Shown here one piece after another: positions 15,038 to 24,766 of a stretch of DNA of 64,000 nt (positions are counted from its first letter, which is position 1; the number at the start of each line of letters is the position of its first letter). This DNA comes from a virus (lineage: Duplodnaviria > Caudoviricetes), in IMG/VR virus record IMGVR_UViG_645948499_000001, positions 1-64,000 of that record, one strand, 5' to 3'. The position numbers and the translations under genes were made by a program. The notes under the pieces are model-generated. The model was not told where the DNA came from and made no database searches. It worked only from the letters and a program-made list of their open reading frames with translations.

Positions 15038-15499
15038 ATGGGCATGTATTACCTTGTGGTGCCTCCGGAGGTTTCCGCAGATGAGGTGTTCGAGGACGCT
15101 CCCTACAAACCATTGGGAGAGTTCGAGAGATGGAATCTCTATGAGTACTACGACCGCTTCTCCATCAACAGACACCACCTGCGAGATGCGGGGATAGCAC
15201 ATGTAGTTGGGCTGTTCCCCCATCAAGTAGGTACGGTCACTCTGGTAGATGTGGGCGTTGTTTACTTCAAGAGTGCTACGGAAGAGGTGGAGTTGTACCG
15301 GGTGTTGTCTTCGGATATCCCGGAATCCACCTATGAAGCGGCGTCTCTGCTCAAGTACCGGAAGAAGCTGTCCCTGGAGGAGGTCACTATCCGGGGACTG
15401 GCTTGGGGTATGAAGCATCAAACCAGTAACTACAGGTTCATGGAACAGTACCGCCTGGGGAAACTCTGGCGGATGACCAAACTCATCACGGGAGACTGA
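15038..15499 (+). CDS. Hypothetical protein (153 aa)
   Basis: AAGGAGG RBS. Confidence 0.8.
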   Translation: MGMYYLVVPPEVSADEVFEDAPYKPLGEFERWNLYEYYDRFSINRHHLRDAGIAHVVGLFPHQVGTVTLVDVGVVYFKSATEEVELYRVLSSDIPESTYEAASLLKYRKKLSLEEVTIRGLAWGMKHQTSNYRFMEQYRLGKLWRMTKLITGD

Positions 15500-15500
15500 A

Positions 15501-16706
15501 ATGAGTAGCTTCAATGAGATGGTTTCGAAAGCCAAGATCCGGCTCATGGAACGGCCCAATTCGGTCTTCCTGGCCAACGTTGCAATGCGTCTTCGGTATC
15601 ACCAAGACGATGGGATGCCCACTGCTTACGTCCAAGGGACCAAGATGGGCATCAACCTGGAATTCTTCTCTGGCTTGAACAAGGCTCAGCAGGAGACTCT
15701 GCTGGCACATGAGATCGGGCACATTGTCCGGCTTCATGCTCAGCGTATGGAACACCGTAAAGCCATGGTTCAGATGCCTGGCGGCGGTACTTGTACCCTG
15801 TGGAACATCGCAGGCGATTTCGTCATCAACCAGGAGTTGAAAGACTCCGGCTTCTCTCCGCTGATCTGGAAAAGCAAGGACGGCAAGGAGTGTAAGTGGT
15901 GCCAGGACGACAAGTACAAGGGCATGACTACCGAGGAGGTCTATCAGGCTCTCTTGGAGGAAGCCAAGCAGAACGGTTCAGGAGGCGATGGTAGCGGTAG
16001 TGGTGCCGCAGTCTTCGATCCCAATGGTGATCCCATGGATGACCTGCGTCCCGGACAAGGTGAAGACGGCCAAGACGAAGGCGAGATGACTGACATCATC
16101 GTAGCCGCTGCCACTGCTGCTCGTCAGGCTGGTCAAGCTGGATCCATCCCTGGTGACGTGGCCGTATTCCTGGACAACCTGCTGCAACCCAAGTTGCCCT
16201 TGGCTGCCAAGCTGCAACGGTTCTTCACTCGCTTCAACAAGCGTGGCTTCACCTGGGAACGGCCCAACCGTCGTATGGCTGGCCGCTACTACCTGCCGAG
16301 CCTGAAAGGTAAGGCAGTCGGGGACATCCTGTTCTGCTTCGACCTCTCGGGTTCCGTCTCGGATGATGAGATCAAGCGGTACATCTCCGAGTTCAATGGT
16401 GTCCTTCAGAAGCTGAAGCCGGACAGCATGCACATGCTGACCTTCGACACCGAAATCATGAACGTCACCAAGATCCGCAGTACCAAGGAACTTCTGAAAG
16501 CGAAGCTGGAAGGTCGCGGTGGCACTGACATCAACCCTGTCTTGGCCTACGTCGAGAAGAAGAAGCCGACTGCCGTGGTGGTATTCACCGATGGTGGTTT
16601 CTGGCGTGCCCCGGATCGCAACCCAGGTGTGCCTATCCTGTGGATGATCCATGGCAATCCCAGCTTCAAGATCGACTTCGGACAAGTAACGCATTTCGAG
16701 GTCTAG
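15501..16706 (+). CDS. Metallopeptidase plus vWA domain protein (N4 gp25/DUF2201-like)
   Basis: HEIGH (HExxH), WNIAGD, MIDAS DLSGS, GRGGT, FTDG. Confidence 0.9.
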   Translation: MSSFNEMVSKAKIRLMERPNSVFLANVAMRLRYHQDDGMPTAYVQGTKMGINLEFFSGLNKAQQETLLAHEIGHIVRLHAQRMEHRKAMVQMPGGGTCTLWNIAGDFVINQELKDSGFSPLIWKSKDGKECKWCQDDKYKGMTTEEVYQALLEEAKQNGSGGDGSGSGAAVFDPNGDPMDDLRPGQGEDGQDEGEMTDIIVAAATAARQAGQAGSIPGDVAVFLDNLLQPKLPLAAKLQRFFTRFNKRGFTWERPNRRMAGRYYLPSLKGKAVGDILFCFDLSGSVSDDEIKRYISEFNGVLQKLKPDSMHMLTFDTEIMNVTKIRSTKELLKAKLEGRGGTDINPVLAYVEKKKPTAVVVFTDGGFWRAPDRNPGVPILWMIHGNPSFKIDFGQVTHFEV

Positions 16707-17957
16707 ATGGTTGATTTTGAAGAACTGACTCAAGGCCAGAAGGACGGGTTTGAACTCTTTGCCAAGTTTTACATGAGTCTCGAACCCATCCTTCTACTCA
16801 CCGGCTGGGCTGGTACTGGCAAGTCTACTCTGGTGCAGCACATTCTCAGCGTGCTGCCCAAGTATGACCGCCTGTGCAAGATCGTGGATGAGACCTACGT
16901 CCCCCGTGACGTTCATCTCACGGCCACCACTCACCAGGCTTGTGAGGCGCTGTCTCACTTGTCGAAGGAGTCTGGTTACCCAGTCTCTACTATCCATTCA
17001 CTCATCGGTGCCACGGTTCGTAAGAACCTGAAGACTGGCAAGTCGGAATTGGCTCTCAAGGGCAATGCTCTACCCGTAGAGAATGCCCTGATTGTCATCG
17101 ACGAAGCCAGTCACATCGATCAGCGTCTGCTTGGTTTGATCTACAAGCAGACCATCAACTGCAAGATCCTGTTCATTGGCGACAATGGGCAGCTGACCCC
17201 GGTCGGTTCGCACTACATGCCGGCTTTCGAAGCCAGTAAGTTGGTGATCGAACTGACCGAGGTCAAGCGGCAGGCTACTGGTCCCTTGGCTGAACTGTGT
17301 ACTGCCCTCCGCTCTACTGTGTTTGGTGGCCCATGGCCCAAGATTCAGTTGGACGGGGAGCAGTTGCGGCATCTGCCCCGAAACCAGTGGCAAGAACTGG
17401 CAAAGGATGCGTTCAAGGATCCTGACACCTGGGGTAACGTGAAGGTCTTGGCCCATACCAATGCGGCTGTGATCAACATGAACAACTACATGTCGCAGGA
17501 GATCTACGGCACCAGCAGACCGATGGAAGGCCAACGCATGTTGGTCAACGAGGCTGTGATCACCCGCAAGGAAACCCTCAGCACCGGCCAGGAAGTTATG
17601 ATTGCTGGTTTGAGGGAAACCATCGAGTTCGATATCGAGGGCTACCTCGTGAACTTGCGGGGGAGCAAGGGCTGCTACTTCCTGCCCAAGTCTCGTATGG
17701 AGTTCAAGTCGCGTCTGTCGCTGGCCCGTAAGCAAGATGATTACACAACTCTCCAAGCTATGGAGGGGTTCGTGATCGACCTGCGCCCATCCTTCGCCTG
17801 TACGGTCACCAAGTCACAAGGTTCTACCTTCGACTGGGTGTTCATCGACCTGGATGACATCTGCAAGCGGATCCACCATCCCAATCAGCTGGCCCGTGCT
17901 CTGTACGTTGCTTTCAGTCGGGCCAGGCAAGGGGTAATCATGACAGGGGATATGTGA
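16707..17957 (+). CDS. SF1B (Dda/RecD-like) DNA helicase
   Basis: GWAGTGKS, STIHS, DEAS, GDNGQL, TVTKSQG, LYVAFSRA. Confidence 0.93.
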   Translation: MVDFEELTQGQKDGFELFAKFYMSLEPILLLTGWAGTGKSTLVQHILSVLPKYDRLCKIVDETYVPRDVHLTATTHQACEALSHLSKESGYPVSTIHSLIGATVRKNLKTGKSELALKGNALPVENALIVIDEASHIDQRLLGLIYKQTINCKILFIGDNGQLTPVGSHYMPAFEASKLVIELTEVKRQATGPLAELCTALRSTVFGGPWPKIQLDGEQLRHLPRNQWQELAKDAFKDPDTWGNVKVLAHTNAAVINMNNYMSQEIYGTSRPMEGQRMLVNEAVITRKETLSTGQEVMIAGLRETIEFDIEGYLVNLRGSKGCYFLPKSRMEFKSRLSLARKQDDYTTLQAMEGFVIDLRPSFACTVTKSQGSTFDWVFIDLDDICKRIHHPNQLARALYVAFSRARQGVIMTGDM

Positions 17958-18490
17958 TGAGCAAGGCTAACCAAGTCAGGTTCAAGTCACTCCTCAAGGC
18001 AGCGATCCTTCGTGGCTTGTACGAAAAGCCGCAGAGGATCTACTACAACCAGCTGCTGCGTCTGCTGGAACGGGATGCTGCCATACGGGGTGATTCCATT
18101 CTCTGCGTGCGCGTCCGCGCACGGTTGTTGGTGGTTCCGAACGTCAAGAGCAACCTCCGGGCTTCGGAGGTAGTTCCTCGGGCCTCAAAGCAGATGCTTC
18201 CGGAGTACGAGGCACTGCTAAACCAGTGGGATCCAATCCTTCAGGATGAGCAGACCCAGGTAGGCATGTATATCAGCCATGTTCTGAACAAGTCTGATGA
18301 CTTTCGTGACTACCTCCCGCACATTCCTGACGGCTTGAGGAAGAACATCTCCAGCGTCTATGAAGCTTTGGGCATTCCCATGGAAGGTCTGAGTTTCCAG
18401 GCAGCCGGAGACAGTCTTGGTCCCTACCAATCCCACTACGAAGCCATGCTGAAAAGGGTAACCTCCAACCTGTTCTTATCGGAGGAGTAA
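17957..18490 (+). CDS. Hypothetical protein between helicase and polymerase
   Basis: TGATG coupling; syntenic with N4-like phages. Confidence 0.8.
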   Translation: MSKANQVRFKSLLKAAILRGLYEKPQRIYYNQLLRLLERDAAIRGDSILCVRVRARLLVVPNVKSNLRASEVVPRASKQMLPEYEALLNQWDPILQDEQTQVGMYISHVLNKSDDFRDYLPHIPDGLRKNISSVYEALGIPMEGLSFQAAGDSLGPYQSHYEAMLKRVTSNLFLSEE

Positions 18491-18494
18491 GCCA

Positions 18495-21122
18495 ATGAAG
18501 TATGTGCAGTTCGGTGATGCCCAGGACAAGTATCCGGTGGCCATCCTTCTGAAGGAGGATGCTCTACGGAAACATGAACTGGAGCGGAACTATCTGCCCC
18601 CATTGAAGCAACTCGGGGTGCAGAACTCGGATGTGATTGCCATCTCTCTGGCTTATGAAGCCAGGGGCAAGGTATCCGCCAAACGTGTGAAGGAGTATCT
18701 GCAAGATGAGTTGCTCCCCACACTGAAAGACCTGAAGACTCGGTATGTCTACTGTGCCGATGCTACCTACTTCAAGGCACTGACCAAGCAGAAGACGGAG
18801 GCCAACTGGGGCAACGTACTTGATTGCGTATGGCCAGGCTACGAAGACATCAAGGTAGTGTACGGGCTGAACTACCAAGTGCTGATCTTCGATCCCGGTA
18901 AACGGGACAAACTGGAGATCGGCCTGAAGGTAATCGTGGACCACGTAAGCGGTAGGTATGTGCCTGTTGGCGAAGATCTACTCCGAGACGTGACCTATGT
19001 GTACCGAGACGAGGTAGCTAAAGCGAAGGAACAGCTGAGCAAGCTACTCGATAAGCCGGAGTTAACCTGCGATATCGAAGCGTTCAGTCTGAGTATGTTC
19101 GACTCAGGTATCGCCACCATTGGTTTCGCTTGGTCGCAGCATGATGCTGTTCAGATCCAAGTGGACTACCAAGAGATGGCGGAACCCAGTGGTGGCCTGT
19201 ATGGGTACTGTGAAACCAATGAGCCAATGCGGGATGTACTGCGTTGGTTCTTTGAACAGTACAAAGGCCAGTTGATCTACCACAAGGCGAACTTCGACGT
19301 GAAGGTTCTGATCTACCAACTGTACATGGCACACGACCTGGATAAGGTGGGGATGCTGCGGGGGTTGGAGATCATGTGCCGGGGCATGCAGGACACGAAA
19401 GTGGTTGCGTATCTCGCGCTGAACAGCACGTCTTCCCCAAGCTATAGCTTGAAAGACCTAGGGCAGGAACATGCCGGCGACTGGTCCCAAGGCGATGACA
19501 TCAAGGACATCAGGAAGATCCCGTTGGATCAACTGATGGAGTACAACGCAGTTGATGCGGTTACCACGATGTACGTGTGGAACAAGTACTACCCTGTGAT
19601 GGTTGCCGAGAAGCAAGACCAGCTGTATCACGGCCTGTTCATGGAAAGCCAGGAGATGATCATCCATACCGAACTGGTAGGGATGCCCATGTGCCCCAAA
19701 CGACTGGCTGAAGTGGAAACTGAACTGACCAAACTGCGGGATGGGTACTTCAATACCATCATGCAGGATCCCATGGTTCACCGGACAACTCTGTTGCTGC
19801 GTGAAGAAGCCATGGTGAAGAAGAATGCCACGCTGAAAACCATCCAGAAAACGATTGATGACTTCAGTCACATCGAGTTCAACCCTGGAAGTGGCCCACA
19901 GAAGGCATTGTTGCTTCATAAGGTCATTGGTTTGCCTGTCCTGGACAAAACACCTACTGGCCAGCCGGCAACCGGAGGGGATGAGCTGACAAAGCTCATA
20001 CGCCACCCTGCTGGGGCATCCTTTAAGGGATTGCTCCAAGCAATGATTGACCTGGATCGAGTACAGAAGATCCTGTCTGCTTTCATACCAGCCTTTAAGG
20101 CGGGAAGACTGAAAGCTGATGGGATGTTGTACCTCCATGGCTCATTCAACCTTGGGGGCACGATCTCCGGTCGGCTGAGTTCGTCAGACCCGAACATGCA
20201 GAACCTTCCGTCTGGTTCTGCATACGGTAAGTTGATCAAGTCCATCTTCATGGCGGCGAAAGGCTATCTCTTCGGAGGTGCAGACTTTGCAGCACTGGAG
20301 GACCGGATCAATGCTCTGTTAACACGAGATCCTAATAAGATCAAAGTGTACACAGACGGGTACGACGGACACTCAATGCGTACCTTTGCGTTCTGGCCTG
20401 AGAAATGTATCGGGATCGTAGATACGGTCTCTTCCATCAACTCAATCCAGCACATATACCCCGGTCTACGGGGTGAAGCAAAGGCTCCGCACTTCCTGCT
20501 CCAGTATGGTGGCAGTTGGATGGGGCTTGTGAAGAACGTCGGTTTCGCCGAAGACGAAGCCAAGAGGATCGAAGATAACTACCACAAACTCTACTCAGTG
20601 AGTGCGGATTGGGTAGCAACTGAGATCCAAAAGGCAACAAAACAGGGGTATGTGCAGCTGGCTTTCGGCCTGAAGTTACGCACACCTCTGCTGGGCAACA
20701 CCATGCTCAACTTGAAAGTCACGCCTAAGCAGGCAGCAGCTGAATCCCGGAGCGCTGGAAACGCAGTGTCTGGTCAGTCCTGGGGCCTGCTGAACAATCG
20801 GGCAGCAGTAGCTTTCCGAAAGCGTGTACTGGCAAGTAAGTGGCGGGAAGAGGTTCACATTGTGGCGTTGATCCATGACGCCATCTATGTCCTGTTCCCA
20901 GATGATCCTGAGTGTGTGGCATGGGTCAACAATGCTCTCTGCGAAGAGATGGCTTGGCAGGAGGATCCCGCTATTGCACATGATCAAGTCAAGATCGGTG
21001 CAAACCTGGATCTATTCTGGCCGTCGTGGGCACATGCCTGCACTCTGGATTACCCAATAACTGTTGAGCGGCTTCAAGAGCAATGCACTGCACACGTAGC
21101 CGCATTGAAGGAGAAGAAGTGA
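18495..21122 (+). CDS. Family A DNA polymerase (N4 gp39-like)
   Basis: Exonuclease motifs DIE, NFD, YNAVD; SGRLSSSDPNMQN; motif A DFAALE, B RGEAKAPHFLLQYG, C IHDA. Confidence 0.96.
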   Translation: MKYVQFGDAQDKYPVAILLKEDALRKHELERNYLPPLKQLGVQNSDVIAISLAYEARGKVSAKRVKEYLQDELLPTLKDLKTRYVYCADATYFKALTKQKTEANWGNVLDCVWPGYEDIKVVYGLNYQVLIFDPGKRDKLEIGLKVIVDHVSGRYVPVGEDLLRDVTYVYRDEVAKAKEQLSKLLDKPELTCDIEAFSLSMFDSGIATIGFAWSQHDAVQIQVDYQEMAEPSGGLYGYCETNEPMRDVLRWFFEQYKGQLIYHKANFDVKVLIYQLYMAHDLDKVGMLRGLEIMCRGMQDTKVVAYLALNSTSSPSYSLKDLGQEHAGDWSQGDDIKDIRKIPLDQLMEYNAVDAVTTMYVWNKYYPVMVAEKQDQLYHGLFMESQEMIIHTELVGMPMCPKRLAEVETELTKLRDGYFNTIMQDPMVHRTTLLLREEAMVKKNATLKTIQKTIDDFSHIEFNPGSGPQKALLLHKVIGLPVLDKTPTGQPATGGDELTKLIRHPAGASFKGLLQAMIDLDRVQKILSAFIPAFKAGRLKADGMLYLHGSFNLGGTISGRLSSSDPNMQNLPSGSAYGKLIKSIFMAAKGYLFGGADFAALEDRINALLTRDPNKIKVYTDGYDGHSMRTFAFWPEKCIGIVDTVSSINSIQHIYPGLRGEAKAPHFLLQYGGSWMGLVKNVGFAEDEAKRIEDNYHKLYSVSADWVATEIQKATKQGYVQLAFGLKLRTPLLGNTMLNLKVTPKQAAAESRSAGNAVSGQSWGLLNNRAAVAFRKRVLASKWREEVHIVALIHDAIYVLFPDDPECVAWVNNALCEEMAWQEDPAIAHDQVKIGANLDLFWPSWAHACTLDYPITVERLQEQCTAHVAALKEKK

Positions 21123-21349
21123 GCACCTGTTGGGTCAACAACCACGAGATCACTGTCACGCAAGGTCTCATTGAGGTCAGGCGTGATGGTGATCTCGTAC
21201 ATGAATGTGGCGGCCTGTGGGCTGCCTGCGACTTTGCACGAGGAATCAAGCATGGCGAAGAAGCCCGAACCGAGGTCGATGAAGTATCGCGACCTGTACA
21301 TGTCGATAGCCCGGAATGCAGCGAACCAATCGGTAGCACTCCGTCATAA
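21119..21349 (+). CDS. Possible small protein overlapping the deaminase start
   Basis: AAGGAG RBS, GTGA overlap with the polymerase stop; long 3' overlap lowers confidence. Confidence 0.4.
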   Translation: MSTCWVNNHEITVTQGLIEVRRDGDLVHECGGLWAACDFARGIKHGEEARTEVDEVSRPVHVDSPECSEPIGSTPS

Positions 21350-21764
21350 GGTAGGTGGTGTCTTGGTCACCAGGACCGGGGCACTCTTTACCGGTTGGAA
21401 CGGCACTTTGCCGGGCAGCGACAACTGCTGTGAGCGTGGCCCCTGGATGGACACCGAGCAGCGTCACAGAACCACGCCTCATGGCGTGATCCACGCGGAA
21501 CATAACATCCTGGCTTGGGCTTCCCGGTCAGGAGTTCCCTTGGAAGGAAGTCATTTGTGGATTACCCGATCTCCGTGCATCAAATGTGCGGAGATGCTGG
21601 TTACCCACGGCGTAACGGCGCTCTTCTATGAAGAACTGCATGACGACACCACGGCATTCAAGGTAATGCAGGGGTCTGTCAAGTGCTTCTCATGGGAGGC
21701 AGTCAATAAGTCTGCACAAAAGCACAACGTTAAGTGGGTGACCGATGAAATCCTCAAAGACTGA
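21252..21764 (+). CDS. dCMP deaminase
   Basis: KVG, GWNG, HAEHN, SPCIKC zinc motifs. Confidence 0.92.
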   Translation: MAKKPEPRSMKYRDLYMSIARNAANQSVALRHKVGGVLVTRTGALFTGWNGTLPGSDNCCERGPWMDTEQRHRTTPHGVIHAEHNILAWASRSGVPLEGSHLWITRSPCIKCAEMLVTHGVTALFYEELHDDTTAFKVMQGSVKCFSWEAVNKSAQKHNVKWVTDEILKD

Positions 21765-21939
21765 AGACCGGAAGTCCTATTGGGCTTCCTTCCTCCATAT
21801 GGTTCGTCACTTTGGGAGTGTGGATGCTGCTGAGCATGCCATCGCTTCCGGCAAGGCGGTCTATGGAAAACCGAACGTCCCTAAAGGTTACGTGCTGGGC
21901 ACGGACATCAAGGGAATGTATGTGTTTCATAAGGAGTAA
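21745..21939 (+). CDS. Hypothetical protein (64 aa)
   Basis: Fills the operon gap. Confidence 0.65.
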   Translation: MKSSKTEDRKSYWASFLHMVRHFGSVDAAEHAIASGKAVYGKPNVPKGYVLGTDIKGMYVFHKE

Positions 21940-21946
21940 ATGAATC

Positions 21947-22240
21947 ATGGCGAAGAAGACTGCCAAGAAACCAACGTGGACCCCCGGCAAGTACGGGCAT
22001 GCACCAGTTAACGGGCGGTACTTCTTCGTTCATGAGGAATCCCGCATGACGCATACCTGGGTAATGGGCCAAGGTCCAGTACCCCCACATTTCAAGCAGG
22101 TGACCATGGAAGAGTACGACCTCTTCCGTGCTGTCACCGCTTCGTTATCCCGTAATGCCAGAAAGAAACTGTTGTCGCTGTACCCACCGAAGCCAGTTGC
22201 TCCGGTGAAGAAGAAACGTACCCGTAAAGCCAAGGAGTAA
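21947..22240 (+). CDS. Basic hypothetical protein (97 aa)
   Basis: TAAGGAG RBS; Lys-rich termini. Confidence 0.8.
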   Translation: MAKKTAKKPTWTPGKYGHAPVNGRYFFVHEESRMTHTWVMGQGPVPPHFKQVTMEEYDLFRAVTASLSRNARKKLLSLYPPKPVAPVKKKRTRKAKE

Positions 22241-22243
22241 ACC

Positions 22244-24766
22244 ATGCAAGTAACCCATACGAGTGACCGGATCACTCATGCCGTCATTGGCGGTGAAGAA
22301 AAGATTCAGATGAAGGTCAATGCTGACGCTGCCTTCTTCCACATGCTGTCCGATACCCTGTATTCCGACAAGCCCATGGCCGTAGTGCGTGAAGTTCTGT
22401 GCAACGCCTGGGATGCCCACATCGAGGCAGAGAACACCCACACACCGATCAAGGTTTACTTCTCCGAGGACAATGAGTTCGTCGTAGAAGACTTCGGTAA
22501 GGGTATCCCCAAGGACAAGATGGGCGACATCTACGGAACCCTGGGCGGGTCCACCAAGCAGAAGAACTCTGAAGTCACTGGTGGCTTTGGTTTGGGCTGC
22601 AAGTCCCCCTTCGCCCTGGTTGATTCCTTCCAGGTGGAGTCTTCCCACGAAGGCGTTCGGACCATCTACCGCATCAGCAAGTCCTCTGCTGAACGGAATG
22701 GTTTGCCCACTATTACCCCGATGCTCTCCATTCCTTGCACCAAGCCAGGTCTGAAAGTGTCCATCCCCCTGGACGGCAATCGAGTCAGCCGTAACACCAT
22801 GCTGCACAATGCTCGCATGGTTGTCCGTAACGGCGGAATGCTGGCAGAAGTTTCCGGGAATGTAGTTCCCACTCTGCCCATCGCAGAAGCCAAGAATGGC
22901 TTCCTCATCGCACGCGGCCCGCATGCTGAACACATGCCTGGATCCATCTGTGTTCTGTACGGAAATGTGATCTATCCGGTATCGGACCATGATGACTACG
23001 AGTATCTGTACGATGAGTGTAAGGACTGGCTTCGTCTGTCCGGCGACTACAACTCTGCCCTGGTGCTGAAGGCTCAACCGAACACCATTGAAGTGACTCC
23101 CAGCCGGGAATCCCTCTCGATGGTCCCCACAACCAAGAACACCCTTCATGGTTTGTTGGAGAAGTTCCACTCCTACATGAAGAACAACCTCGACGGGGCC
23201 ATGTTGCAGTTGCTCAAGCACAATAACGAGAAGGCATTGGAGAGTGCGCAGTGGGGTCAACTCATGCAGCAGGGTGCTATCCCTGTTGTGAACCAAGCTT
23301 CCCTGAACGAGTTCCTGAAACCAGGGGACATCATCGGGGATACCATCCTCACAGCGGCTGGTGTTGCCCTCTGGATCTTCTCTGTCTGGGGACCGGATGT
23401 AGTGAAGCGCTTGCCCAATGGGAAAGCCATTCTGGCGCGGGACCGGGTTAACCGGGTAGCCATGCTCCGTAAGTGTCCGGAAGTAGACCAGGTTCTTCTT
23501 GGTCAGCTTCTGCGTGTTCACCGCAAGTGCCCGACCAAGCGTCCTGCTGACAGTACCAGGAACTTCGTATCTGCTGCCTTCCGTAAGATCTTCATGAAGG
23601 ACATGCTCATGGGTCCGGTGCAGTCTCGCCGGTTCGTGGTAAACCACTCCAGGGATATGACGGTCCTAACAAGCAACAGAGATTGGATGTCCTCTGCTGC
23701 ACTTCCCGAGTTCCATCCGATCCAGCCTTTGCTTCTGTATTCATTCCAGAAGAGGATCGTGGTGCTCACTCACAGCAGTAAGGATGTTGAGAGTCGTATC
23801 CTAAAGCATCCACTGAGCGGGGAGTACTTCAAGAAGGGAGTTCGTACTCACTTCTTCACTTACGTGACCCCACGTAGTGCGAAGACTCTGGCCGAGGTAC
23901 GCAATCACTTCAACTCGTTGGAGAACGTTGCACTTCTCGACCTGACCAAGGAAATTGAGTACATCCCGCCTGCTGAACGGATCAAAACCAAGAAGGTGAA
24001 GATGGAGGGCTTCGCTACCCTGCGGACTGCCCGTAAAACTGACTACTTCAGTCAGGAGTTGGCCAAGACTGGTACAGAACACCGTACTGACAAACCCGTG
24101 GCCTTCTCGTACCTCTTCTCCAAGTCCAACACATATCATGCGAGGACTGAACTTCCTGGTTTCCGCTCTGCGGTTGCTGTCCACATCCTGAAGGTATGGG
24201 GTGACAAGGTTGCAATCGCTCACAGCATCCACGATGAGAAGAAGTTCATCGCGATGGGTCTGCCTACCCTGGAGGAGTACGTGCAGGCGGAAATGCTGAA
24301 GTTCGTGCGTACCAACAAGAAGGCTTTGTTGAAGTACGTGGGTTCTTCGTGGGCAGCGGCTCAGCGAGTATTCGAGCCTGACGATGAGTATGGTTCCGGG
24401 TACACCATCTGCAAGCATCTGCTCGAAACCAATGAGTGGAGGGATGCGCTCGGTATTAAGACGGGCCTGTCCCCGGAGTTGGTAGCCAAGTGGAATCTGC
24501 TGTGCGTCTACCGGGACAATGTGCGACGGTACACCACTGCCCACAAGGAGTTGGAGAGTGCTTGTGAGTTCCTGGACACCGCCGCACCGACTGCAAAGGT
24601 GCGGGAGTTGGTGAACACGATCAAGGACTACCCAACGTTCAACCTGCTTTGCTCGAACTCGACCATCAAGTTCCTCAAGCAGGCGGAAACGAAGGAAGAA
24701 ACCTTCCATATGCTGCAAACCATGCTGAAAAGGAGTAAGCAATGTCAAAAGAAATCTGCGTCGTAG
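22244..24766 (+). CDS. rIIA: RIIA-like protein
   Basis: N-terminal GHKL ATPase: LYSD, REVLCNAWDAH, DFGKG, STK, GGFGLGCKSPF; paired with rIIB. Confidence 0.92.
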   Translation: MQVTHTSDRITHAVIGGEEKIQMKVNADAAFFHMLSDTLYSDKPMAVVREVLCNAWDAHIEAENTHTPIKVYFSEDNEFVVEDFGKGIPKDKMGDIYGTLGGSTKQKNSEVTGGFGLGCKSPFALVDSFQVESSHEGVRTIYRISKSSAERNGLPTITPMLSIPCTKPGLKVSIPLDGNRVSRNTMLHNARMVVRNGGMLAEVSGNVVPTLPIAEAKNGFLIARGPHAEHMPGSICVLYGNVIYPVSDHDDYEYLYDECKDWLRLSGDYNSALVLKAQPNTIEVTPSRESLSMVPTTKNTLHGLLEKFHSYMKNNLDGAMLQLLKHNNEKALESAQWGQLMQQGAIPVVNQASLNEFLKPGDIIGDTILTAAGVALWIFSVWGPDVVKRLPNGKAILARDRVNRVAMLRKCPEVDQVLLGQLLRVHRKCPTKRPADSTRNFVSAAFRKIFMKDMLMGPVQSRRFVVNHSRDMTVLTSNRDWMSSAALPEFHPIQPLLLYSFQKRIVVLTHSSKDVESRILKHPLSGEYFKKGVRTHFFTYVTPRSAKTLAEVRNHFNSLENVALLDLTKEIEYIPPAERIKTKKVKMEGFATLRTARKTDYFSQELAKTGTEHRTDKPVAFSYLFSKSNTYHARTELPGFRSAVAVHILKVWGDKVAIAHSIHDEKKFIAMGLPTLEEYVQAEMLKFVRTNKKALLKYVGSSWAAAQRVFEPDDEYGSGYTICKHLLETNEWRDALGIKTGLSPELVAKWNLLCVYRDNVRRYTTAHKELESACEFLDTAAPTAKVRELVNTIKDYPTFNLLCSNSTIKFLKQAETKEETFHMLQTMLKRSKQCQKKSAS

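Noticed and set aside
18495-21122. Intein, intron or homing endonuclease in the polymerase
   Set aside because: Normal length, uninterrupted motifs, no HNH, LAGLIDADG or splice motifs seen
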